From an uncultured Ruminococcus sp. (GTDB lineage: Bacteria > Bacillota > Clostridia > Oscillospirales > Acutalibacteraceae): a stretch of DNA of 64,000 bases. Of this stretch, positions 55,421-63,241 are shown piece by piece (the first letter of the stretch is position 1; each line of letters starts with the position of its first letter). Under the pieces are notes generated by a model. The model saw only the letters and a program-made list of their open reading frames with translations. It did no database searches and was not told where the DNA came from. Both the position numbers and the translations under genes were made by a program. Location of the stretch: positions 11,315-75,314 of the forward strand of contig CACYDW010000173.1 in NCBI GenBank assembly GCA_902773325.1, in the 5' to 3' direction.

Positions 55421-56260
55421 TTATGAGTTTTCCTGAATGATCGTATAGTCTGATGGAATAACGAACAAACTGCTGTCGGTATCAGATGTAAAGCGGTTGA
55501 CCGTAATAACGGATTGCTTGCCGTCTGTGTCTGTTCTGACGATATATTCCGGTACAGTATGATTAAAATATATCTTGATGGTTCCGCCGGCGGCATTGTA
55601 TTCCTCATATTCATAATCGGTACTGCGGAACGTTTCATTGCCGCTGCCGCTATAAGATATCTGGTCAAGTGCCAGTCCGGACAAAAGATAAGAAAAAGCT
55701 TTTTGGGTGTCTGAGTCGGTAAAGGTATGATTACCGTTAAGCGATTCATTGGTCAGAACGGGTACTGCCGTTTTATTTTCCGTATCAAGTGTATAGGTGC
55801 CGTTGGAGTTTTTGAGGGTAACAAACTCTTTTCCCCCGAATACTATCCTGTTATATTCCTTATTGCCGTCCTTTGCGAACAGGAACTGGAAATCGGTTGT
55901 CAGACCGTCGGCGACGGCAAGCTCTCCGGTCATGCTCACGGTGTATTGTGATTTTGAGAGAAGATTCAGAGCATCGGCTGTTTTTTCTCCAAAAGCAGCA
56001 GTATCGAACCATGCAGCTTCTGCGTCGGATTCATCGGTTCTGCTTTCGACTATGGAAGCTGAGGATAGATCATCGCCGTCGGAGGATATGATCGATGAAC
56101 CGGAATCGTTCTCCCTCGCTCTGCCTTCAGATAAATCAAAGGCAATCTCTGATACGGAACTGCTGTCAGACATCGCCGAAGCATCGTCCGCTTGTTTGTT
56201 ACAGGCAGATAAGAGCAAAGATGCAGATAGTAAAACGACCGCCACATATTGCAGCTTCAT
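55421..56260 (-). CDS. Putative lipoprotein, unknown function
   Basis: The signal peptide plus lipobox is 'VLLSASLLLSAC'. A Ser/Asp-rich linker follows, then a beta-rich body. Confidence 0.55.
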   Translation of the reverse strand: MKLQYVAVVLLSASLLLSACNKQADDASAMSDSSSVSEIAFDLSEGRARENDSGSSIISSDGDDLSSASIVESRTDESDAEAAWFDTAAFGEKTADALNLLSKSQYTVSMTGELAVADGLTTDFQFLFAKDGNKEYNRIVFGGKEFVTLKNSNGTYTLDTENKTAVPVLTNESLNGNHTFTDSDTQKAFSYLLSGLALDQISYSGSGNETFRSTDYEYEEYNAAGGTIKIYFNHTVPEYIVRTDTDGKQSVITVNRFTSDTDSSLFVIPSDYTIIQENS

Positions 56261-56419
56261 AACAACACACTCCTTTTTGATAATGCTGACATTATATCAC
56301 GCTTCGTTTTTATATACAAGAAATAATGGTCTGATTTTGTATGTTTTTTTATTGAATTTTTTGCCGCTGTATATTAAAATAAGAGTATACCGATTGAATA
56401 TTTGCAAAGGAGCTTTTCT

Positions 56420-57148
56420 ATGTATAAGAATTATATTTTTGATCTGTACGGCACATTAGTAGACATCAATACCAATGAATATAAAACCAGTCTGTGGAAA
56501 AACATGGCACTGATTTATTCGATGGGCGGAGCACCTTATAAGCCGTCCGAGCTGAAAAAGGATTATTCTCGTTATCTTGCTGAACAAATTCAGGCGATAC
56601 CCGCCGAAAAGTATACCACCAATCCTGAACCGCAGATCGAATATGTGTTTCAGCGGCTCTATACGGCAAAAGGTGTAGAATGTGACCTTGCGCTTGCCGC
56701 AGCAACGGGAAGAACCTTTCGTGCACTCTCCATGAAATTCATCCATCTGTATGACGGGGTGCAGGAGCTGTTTGATACCATTCATCAAAGCGGCGGAAAG
56801 GCATATCTGCTGTCGAATGCACAGCGCATCTTTACCGAACCCGAGATTCGTATGCTGGGAATATATGACCTGTTTGATGATATTATGATCTCCTCGGACG
56901 AGGGCTGTGCAAAACCTGATATCATGTTTTACCGCCGTATTCTGGAAAAGCACGGTCTGGATCCCAAGGAATCCATTATGATCGGCAACGACTACAAGAC
57001 CGATATCAGAGGCTCCTATGAAGCCGGAATGGATTCGCTTTATCTTCATACCGATATTTCACCCGAGATCAAGGGTGAGCTGCTCGCAAAATATAAAGTA
57101 ATGGACGGCAGCCTGATCGAAGCAAGAAAAATACTTTTTGGTGCATAA
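56420..57148 (+). CDS. HAD-superfamily hydrolase
   Basis: 'YIFDLYGTLVDI' is motif I, and 'LLSNA' and 'IGNDYKTDI' are present. The ATG at 56420 follows an AAGGAG RBS. Confidence 0.75.
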   Translation: MYKNYIFDLYGTLVDINTNEYKTSLWKNMALIYSMGGAPYKPSELKKDYSRYLAEQIQAIPAEKYTTNPEPQIEYVFQRLYTAKGVECDLALAAATGRTFRALSMKFIHLYDGVQELFDTIHQSGGKAYLLSNAQRIFTEPEIRMLGIYDLFDDIMISSDEGCAKPDIMFYRRILEKHGLDPKESIMIGNDYKTDIRGSYEAGMDSLYLHTDISPEIKGELLAKYKVMDGSLIEARKILFGA

Positions 57149-57295
57149 CAATAACTTTTCATTTCTGCTTGTCTGATTTTCCCTGTACTGCGTTGCACTC
57201 CCTTGAAATACAGCAGTATTCCTGCGGTCGTGCGCCTTGTACAGTGCAAATCATCCTAAGCGTAAATTGAAAACTTATTTCTTCACAGTTCCTAA
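57149..57295 (+). repeat. 147-nt structured intergenic repeat, copy 2 (directly after the HAD gene stop)
   Basis: See copy 1. This copy starts at the nucleotide right after the TAA at 57146-57148, and ends 31 nt before the -35 of the next promoter. Confidence 0.9.
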
Positions 57296-57326
57296 GCATT
57301 TATTTGCCGTTGAAAATATAAATTTC

Positions 57327-57355
57327 TTGCAACCCCCTCCGATATATGGTATAAT
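57327..57355 (+). promoter_or_regulatory. SigA-type promoter of the GH13 gene
   Basis: TTGCAA, then 17 nt, then TATAAT, with a TG extended -10. Confidence 0.65.
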
Positions 57356-57387
57356 ATATAAAAATTACCTGTATCGGAGGTTTTATT

Positions 57388-58941
57388 ATGCCAAAATGGT
57401 TAAAAGATGCTGTGTTTTATGAGATCTATCCCCAGACATTCTATGACACCAACGGTGACGGTATCGGTGATATCAAGGGCATAGAGCAGAAGCTGGACTA
57501 CGTGAAAAGTCTGGGCTGCAATGCGATCTGGCTGAATCCGCTGTTTGATTCACCGTTTATGGATGCCGGTTATGACGTTCGTGACTACTATAAGGTTGCT
57601 GAGCGTTACGGCACGAACGACGATCTGAAACACCTTTTTGAAACTGCTCACGAAAAGGGCATCAGAATCCTTCTCGATCTGGTTCCCGGTCATACCTCAG
57701 ACCAGAACGAATGGTTCCTGAAGAGCAAGCTGCCCGAAAAAAACGAGTACACCAATCGTTATATCTGGACAGACAGCGTATGGGAAGCACCTCCGCAGTA
57801 TCGTCTGCTCTGCGGCATAACCGACCGTGACGGCAACTATATGGTGAACTTTTTCAGCTCACAGCCTGCACTGAATTATGGCTTCAATAATATTACACAC
57901 CCTGCATGGCAGCTCCCGCCCTCACATCCCGATTGTCAGGCTACAGTAGAAGCACTCAAGGATATCATGCGTTTCTGGCTGGATATGGGCTGTGACGGAT
58001 TCCGTGTTGATATGGCAGATTCCCTCGTTAAGGGTGAAGACGGTGAAAAGCCCGAAACCTGTAAGGTGTGGAAAAATGTCCGCGCTATGCTCGACAAGGA
58101 CTACCCCGAAGCTGCTATTATTTCGGAGTGGTGTAATCCGAAGGTTTCTATTGGTGCAGGCTTCCACAGTGATTTTTATCTCGATCATGACACCAACGGT
58201 TATCGTATTCTGTTCCGCGATAAGGATCCCAAAACAGGGGAGTGCAGGGCAGTATTCGGCAAGAACGGCAAGGGCGACATCACAAGGTTCCTTGAGGAAT
58301 ATCTTGACGATCTCAAGTGCACGAAGGGAAAGGGCTATATCAGCTTTATTACCTGTAATCATGATACACCGCGTATGACGCGCTTGTTTACACCGGAAGA
58401 AGCAAAGCTTGCCTATGCGTTTGTGTTCCTCATGCCGGGCGTACCGTTCCTGTATTATGGTGATGAGATCGGCATGAGCTACAGAGAGGGGCTTACAAGC
58501 AAGGAAGGCGGTTTCAGCCGTACAGGTACGAGAACGCCTATGCAGTGGAATAACGAAGCAAACTGCGGCTTCTCTTCTGCACCTGCTGAAAAGATCTATC
58601 TGCCTGTTGATACAAGTGAAGATGCTGTTTCGGTAGAGAAGTGTGAAAACGACCCGGACTCTATTCTCAACACTCTCAGAAGGGTCATAGCCATTCGTCA
58701 TGCAAACGCTGATTTGCAGTCTGACGGTGATTTTGAGGTAGTATATGCCGAGAAAAATACATATCCGTTTATTTTCAAGCGCGGAGAGTTCCTGATCGCA
58801 GTCAATCCGACCGACAAAGAACAGAGCGCACCCTGTGATTATAACGGAGAATCCGTTTTTGCTGTTGGAAAAGTGTGTGTGGAAAAGAAAAAAATTACCA
58901 TGCAGCCGCAGTCACTCAGCTTGATAAGGATTCAGAAATAA
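57388..58941 (+). CDS. GH13 alpha-glucosidase / oligo-1,6-glucosidase-like enzyme
   Basis: 'AVFYEIYPQTFYDTNGDGIGDIKGI' is present. 'GFRVDMAD' holds the nucleophile Asp, 'IISEW' the acid/base Glu, and 'TCNHDTPR' is present. Confidence 0.88.
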   Translation: MPKWLKDAVFYEIYPQTFYDTNGDGIGDIKGIEQKLDYVKSLGCNAIWLNPLFDSPFMDAGYDVRDYYKVAERYGTNDDLKHLFETAHEKGIRILLDLVPGHTSDQNEWFLKSKLPEKNEYTNRYIWTDSVWEAPPQYRLLCGITDRDGNYMVNFFSSQPALNYGFNNITHPAWQLPPSHPDCQATVEALKDIMRFWLDMGCDGFRVDMADSLVKGEDGEKPETCKVWKNVRAMLDKDYPEAAIISEWCNPKVSIGAGFHSDFYLDHDTNGYRILFRDKDPKTGECRAVFGKNGKGDITRFLEEYLDDLKCTKGKGYISFITCNHDTPRMTRLFTPEEAKLAYAFVFLMPGVPFLYYGDEIGMSYREGLTSKEGGFSRTGTRTPMQWNNEANCGFSSAPAEKIYLPVDTSEDAVSVEKCENDPDSILNTLRRVIAIRHANADLQSDGDFEVVYAEKNTYPFIFKRGEFLIAVNPTDKEQSAPCDYNGESVFAVGKVCVEKKKITMQPQSLSLIRIQK

Positions 58942-58989
58942 ACGTTCCGAAACCATTGCTTGTTTATAGCCGGGGGGAGAGCGCAGAAC

Positions 58990-59958
58990 ATGAGCTATGC
59001 TATATTCAGAGAAGCACCGCCGATCATCAGGGAGTTTCTGAATTATATTGGTAATATCAAGGGAAGATCAGACCAGACCGTTGATGAATACTATCGTGAT
59101 CTGCGTACCTTTTTCCGGTTTATTATTAAAGACCGCGGACTGATTAAAGAAGATATAGAGATCGATCAGATAGATATCTCTTGTGTCGATCTTGAAATGA
59201 TCAAGAGTGTAACGTTTTCGGAAATACTTCTTTTTTTGAATTACTGCAAGGACGAAAGAGGCAATAACGCTGCTACCCGATCCAGAAAAACTTCCAGTCT
59301 GAGAGATTTTTTTAATTACCTGACTGTGAAAACGCATAAACTATCCTATAATCCGACAGAAGAACTGGAAGCCCCTAAAAAAGGAAAAAAATTGCCCAAA
59401 TATCTGACGTTGGAGGATAGCCTCAGGCTTCTGGAAGCAGTTGATGGAGAATTCAAGGAGAGAGATTATTGTATTCTGATATTTTTCCTGAATTGCGGAT
59501 TAAGACGTTCAGAACTTGTAGGTATCAATCTTTCCGATATTAACAGTGAGTATATGCTGACCGTCAGAGGAAAGGGCAACAAAGAAAGAACACTCTATCT
59601 GAATCCTGCTTGTGTAAAGGCACTGGAGGATTACTTGAAAGTCAGACCGGTTAATGGTATTGCCGATAAAAATGCGTTGTTTATCAGCAGAAAAAACTGC
59701 CGTATCACCGGCAAGGGTGTTTACCACATGGTCAATCATTATCTTGAGAAGATCGGTCTTGGCAATCAGGGCTATTCGCCGCATAAGCTCCGGCATACCG
59801 CTGCGACATTGATGTATCAGAAGGGCGGGGTCGATATCAGAACGCTTCAGGCGATTCTCGGACACTCCAATCTTGGCACAACACAAATCTATACCCATGT
59901 AGCTGACGAACAGATTCAAAGGGGACTGAATGCAAATCCTCTGGCAAATCTTGGGTGA
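58990..59958 (+). CDS. Tyrosine recombinase (XerC/XerD-like integrase family)
   Basis: An N-terminal SAM-like domain is present. The catalytic region has 'GLRRSEL', 'HKLRHTAAT' and 'LGHSNLGTTQIYTHV'. Confidence 0.85.
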   Translation: MSYAIFREAPPIIREFLNYIGNIKGRSDQTVDEYYRDLRTFFRFIIKDRGLIKEDIEIDQIDISCVDLEMIKSVTFSEILLFLNYCKDERGNNAATRSRKTSSLRDFFNYLTVKTHKLSYNPTEELEAPKKGKKLPKYLTLEDSLRLLEAVDGEFKERDYCILIFFLNCGLRRSELVGINLSDINSEYMLTVRGKGNKERTLYLNPACVKALEDYLKVRPVNGIADKNALFISRKNCRITGKGVYHMVNHYLEKIGLGNQGYSPHKLRHTAATLMYQKGGVDIRTLQAILGHSNLGTTQIYTHVADEQIQRGLNANPLANLG

Positions 59959-59977
59959 TTTTGTCTACTACACGGTT

Positions 59978-60016
59978 AAGGCATTTCAGACCTCTAAGGT
60001 ATGAGATGCCTTTTTG
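59978..60016 (+). terminator. Terminator after the recombinase gene
   Basis: aaggcatttca / tgagatgcctt is an 11-bp stem with one G-U pair, followed by TTTTT. Confidence 0.6.
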
Positions 60017-60059
60017 TATAGTAATATCACCATAAACTTGTTAGTCAGGAGGGTTTGAG

Positions 60060-60233
60060 ATGACGCAAACTAAAGCTGAAACATTCTATAAGCGATTCAA
60101 AGGTGTTGCGGGACACATCAAGCAGGTCGGAAAAGCTCCGCCCTACTCAATTTATTTCGGTTACAAATTTATTACAGATTTGGATTTAAATTGTGGTGTC
60201 AATTATAAAAGTAAAGCTTGTATTTCCGGATAA
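60060..60233 (+). CDS. Candidate small protein (57 aa, not in ORF track)
   Basis: Hand translation gives MTQTKAETFYKRFKGVAGHIKQVGKAPPYSIYFGYKFITDLDLNCGVNYKSKACISG*. An AGGAGGG RBS sits 7 nt upstream of the ATG. No family was recognised. Confidence 0.35.
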   Translation: MTQTKAETFYKRFKGVAGHIKQVGKAPPYSIYFGYKFITDLDLNCGVNYKSKACISG

Positions 60234-60300
60234 TGTATGATACAATGAATCTCGGTTATTGATTTAAAGTACAAAATATGGTACTAACCTCGGAGGATAT

Positions 60301-60804
60301 ATGACAGAAAATGAATTAAAGCATCTGAACCGCAGAGAGCTTCTGGAAATGCTGATCATACAAAGCAAAAAAATCGACCGCCTGCAGGCTGAACTGGATG
60401 AGGCGAATGAGAAGCTTGAACAAAGGAAGCTGGATATCAAAAACTCTGGTTCCATAGCTGAGGCCTCCATCAGGATCAACAATGTTTTTGCAAGTGCCCA
60501 GACCGCAGCCGAACAGTATTTGGAAAATGTTCATAATTTGCATGCCGCAACGGAAGAGGAGTGCAGGAAGCTTCGTGAGGAAACGGAAGCGGAATGTCAG
60601 AAAATGAAATTGCACGCTAAAGAACAGGCTGATAAATATATTCAGGAAACCAAACAAATCTATGAGCAGAATGCAGATGAGTTTATCGCTCAATTACAAA
60701 AACTGATAGAAACATCTTTTGACCGGGAGAGTATCAAAAAACGATTATTTGGTGATATAGATGAAGAGGAGAAAGAAGGAAGTAGTACTGAATGTAACAA
60801 CTGA
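60301..60804 (+). CDS. Coiled-coil protein, unknown function
   Basis: It is 167 aa, strongly helical and charged (ELLEMLIIQSKKIDRLQAELDEANEKLEQRK...). A GGAGGA RBS precedes it, and it overlaps the next gene by 44 nt. Confidence 0.55.
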   Translation: MTENELKHLNRRELLEMLIIQSKKIDRLQAELDEANEKLEQRKLDIKNSGSIAEASIRINNVFASAQTAAEQYLENVHNLHAATEEECRKLREETEAECQKMKLHAKEQADKYIQETKQIYEQNADEFIAQLQKLIETSFDRESIKKRLFGDIDEEEKEGSSTECNN

Positions 60805-61351
60805 CCAGCTGGTGACGGAGCTTAAGAGAGAAAAGTATAAGTCACGGTATTTCAGGTTGTTGAGGAGTACAATAGCAGCTCTGATCGTTACGGCTGCCGC
60901 AGCGGCATTGATCGCAACGTTAGTGCTGCCTGTTTTGCAGATATACGGCGGGTCGATGACTCCGACTCTGTATGAAGGAGATATTGTTTTATCGGTCAAG
61001 ACGACCAGTTTCAACCAGGGTGATGTTTGCTGCTTTTACTACGCAAACAAAATTCTTGTCAAAAGAATCATAGGAAAACCGCTTGACACGATTGAAATAG
61101 ATGAGAACGGCAATGTGTATGTCAACGGAGCGTATCTTGATGAGCCATACATTGAAACAAAAGCACTGGGAGAGTGTGATATTGATTTCCCGTATCAGGT
61201 TCCGGAGGGACAGTATTTTGTATTGGGAGATCACAGAGATACGTCACTGGATTCGCGGTATTCGGAAATTGGCTGTATTTCTGCCGATGAGATCGTAGGA
61301 AAAATTATTTTTACGGTGTGGCCGCTGAATCATTTCGGGACGGTCAACTAA
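60761..61351 (+). CDS. lepB: Signal peptidase I (S26A, P-type)
   Basis: It has a TM anchor. 'GGSMTPTL' holds the catalytic Ser, 'VKRIIG' the catalytic Lys, and 'VLGDHRDTSLDSRY' is present. Confidence 0.88.
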   Translation: MKRRKKEVVLNVTTDQLVTELKREKYKSRYFRLLRSTIAALIVTAAAAALIATLVLPVLQIYGGSMTPTLYEGDIVLSVKTTSFNQGDVCCFYYANKILVKRIIGKPLDTIEIDENGNVYVNGAYLDEPYIETKALGECDIDFPYQVPEGQYFVLGDHRDTSLDSRYSEIGCISADEIVGKIIFTVWPLNHFGTVN

Positions 61352-61369
61352 TCAAAATGGAGAATTAGA

Positions 61370-63232
61370 ATGAAACAAGATATTCAGTTAGCATTAAAAA
61401 AACTGAATAAAATGCATAGGCTTCGGCATATCTGGTATCGGATCGTCAGCATACTTGCGTGTATTACCGTGTTTGTCACCACCTATGCCCTGATACTTCC
61501 TGCCGTTACGCTGGAAAGTGCATCTGATGATGAAATACGTGCGCAGCTTCCTTCAAACACCGGAATTCTGTGCTGCGGGCTTGAAGTGCATCAACATACT
61601 GATGAATGCTATGATCAGAATGGAGAGTTGATCTGCGGGTATGCGGATTTTGTTGTTCATAAGCATAACGCAAGCTGCTTTTCGCCGGACGGAGAGTTGA
61701 TTTGTCAATTGCCGGAGATCGAAGTCCATCAGCATGATGCAAGCTGTGAAAACGATCAGCACGAGCTGATATGCGGAAAAGATGAAGTCACGCTGCATAA
61801 GCACGACAGGAGCTGTTATGATGAGAACGGCACACTGATATGCAAAAAGCTTGAGGTCACGGAACATATTCATAGCAGTAAATGCTTTCAGACGACTGCT
61901 GTCAGCTATGAGAAAGAGTATGACGGAATGGATATCGGGCTGGACGCAGACGAGGGTATATTTCCGGTTGCTGCTTCTCAGCTTGAGATGCAGGTCGGTG
62001 AACCGTCTGAATCCGTCAGAAATGCTGTCAGCAGCAAGATCGGCAGCACCTTTGTATATCGGGTGATGGATATTCGTGTAGTGTCAGACGAAAAAGCAGT
62101 AAGTCCGACAGGCAGTCTGACGCTCACCTTCAAAAACATCGGCACTGAGATCAGAATGGATGAAGCAATCGTCTGTTTTGTTGATAGTGACGGCAATGAA
62201 GAGCAGCTTGAAGCAACAAGCGTTGATGACGATACGCTAAAGGTCAATACAGAAGCTCTTGGTTCTTTTGTGATTGCATCACCTGCCCCGGACAGAAATG
62301 TCCGGAAAAGCGCACCTCTCAGAGCACCCTCTGCTATGACGGGCGCGGCGGATGCAAAGTATTATACAGACCGGTCGGGCAATATCGGCGTAAGTACGGA
62401 AGGATTTACGGATGCTACCGCTAATCTGATTATAAATATGAATCATTTTTTGAAGCATGATCTTGTGCAATATGTTACCAATGACGTAGAGGATATTGGA
62501 GGAACTCTCTATCTTACAGAGTCGTGGGAAGCATATATGAGTCAGCAGGATTGGAACGGTAATGCCCCCTTCAGAATCACAGGAGAGGGAAATGCTTCCG
62601 GAGGAGACGTTATTGAGGCTTGGCAAGATGATTTCAGACTTGAAGACGGTGACTCCGCAGGACTTATTCTTCCTGCTCCCAATAATCCGCTCAAGTTTGA
62701 TCATCTGACTTACCAGTCACGACGATCCTCGATGAATTTCTGGGCACGGGGCAACAAGCTTGTAATGGGTGAAGGTTTCACAACCTATTCCCATAGCCAA
62801 ATAGGACAGGATACGAAATTCAGGGTTTTCGGCGGGGCAGAGCATCAGACAGTGTTTACTACCAAGCCTAAAACTCTGTATCCGACAAATGTCGTTATTG
62901 AAAGCGCACATTGGGATGAGATCTTTGGCGGAGGTCAGGCAAACACCGCTTACGGAACAAATGTCACTGTCAGAGGAACTGCGGATATCGACTATCTTGC
63001 AGGCGGCGGTGACGATGAAGGTCAGGTCGGCGTTTATGAGCAGGATGATACAAAAGGAGATTCCTCGCTGAAGGGCGTTGGTGTGAATGTTTATGTTGAA
63101 GGAGGAAATGTTGAAACGCTGTACGGCGGTTCAAGAATAACTCCTGCATCCGTGCTGGGGCTGTTTGACAAAAAAGCTCTTAATGTCTACACTCCCGTCA
63201 CGGTTGATATAAGCGGCGGATATGTTCACTAA
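61370..63232 (+). CDS. Giant cell-surface protein, N-terminal segment: signal anchor, five His2Cys2 repeats, beta-helix-like Gly-rich repeats; ends at an in-frame TAA
   Basis: The TM segment is 'IVSILACITVFVTTYALILPAV'. A 23-aa periodic H-x-H-x3-C-x8-C unit spans aa 68-172. Later repeats are of the type 'IFGGGQANT', 'LAGGGDDE' and 'LYGGSRIT'. Confidence 0.7.
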   Translation: MKQDIQLALKKLNKMHRLRHIWYRIVSILACITVFVTTYALILPAVTLESASDDEIRAQLPSNTGILCCGLEVHQHTDECYDQNGELICGYADFVVHKHNASCFSPDGELICQLPEIEVHQHDASCENDQHELICGKDEVTLHKHDRSCYDENGTLICKKLEVTEHIHSSKCFQTTAVSYEKEYDGMDIGLDADEGIFPVAASQLEMQVGEPSESVRNAVSSKIGSTFVYRVMDIRVVSDEKAVSPTGSLTLTFKNIGTEIRMDEAIVCFVDSDGNEEQLEATSVDDDTLKVNTEALGSFVIASPAPDRNVRKSAPLRAPSAMTGAADAKYYTDRSGNIGVSTEGFTDATANLIINMNHFLKHDLVQYVTNDVEDIGGTLYLTESWEAYMSQQDWNGNAPFRITGEGNASGGDVIEAWQDDFRLEDGDSAGLILPAPNNPLKFDHLTYQSRRSSMNFWARGNKLVMGEGFTTYSHSQIGQDTKFRVFGGAEHQTVFTTKPKTLYPTNVVIESAHWDEIFGGGQANTAYGTNVTVRGTADIDYLAGGGDDEGQVGVYEQDDTKGDSSLKGVGVNVYVEGGNVETLYGGSRITPASVLGLFDKKALNVYTPVTVDISGGYVH

Positions 63233-63241
63233 GTTTATGGA

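Noticed and set aside
54715-55749. 344-aa minus-strand ORF
   Set aside because: It overlaps the well-supported VanZ gene on the opposite strand and the start of the minus-strand lipoprotein gene. It is low-complexity and has no motif.
57922-58701. 259-aa minus-strand ORF
   Set aside because: It is antisense to the GH13 catalytic core.
61571-61885. The 69-nt periodicity considered as a CRISPR-like or non-coding tandem repeat
   Set aside because: The period is a multiple of three and lies inside a long ORF. Conservation is at the amino-acid level (H-x-H-x3-C...C) with divergent nucleotides, and there is no spacer/repeat organisation. It is a coding repeat.
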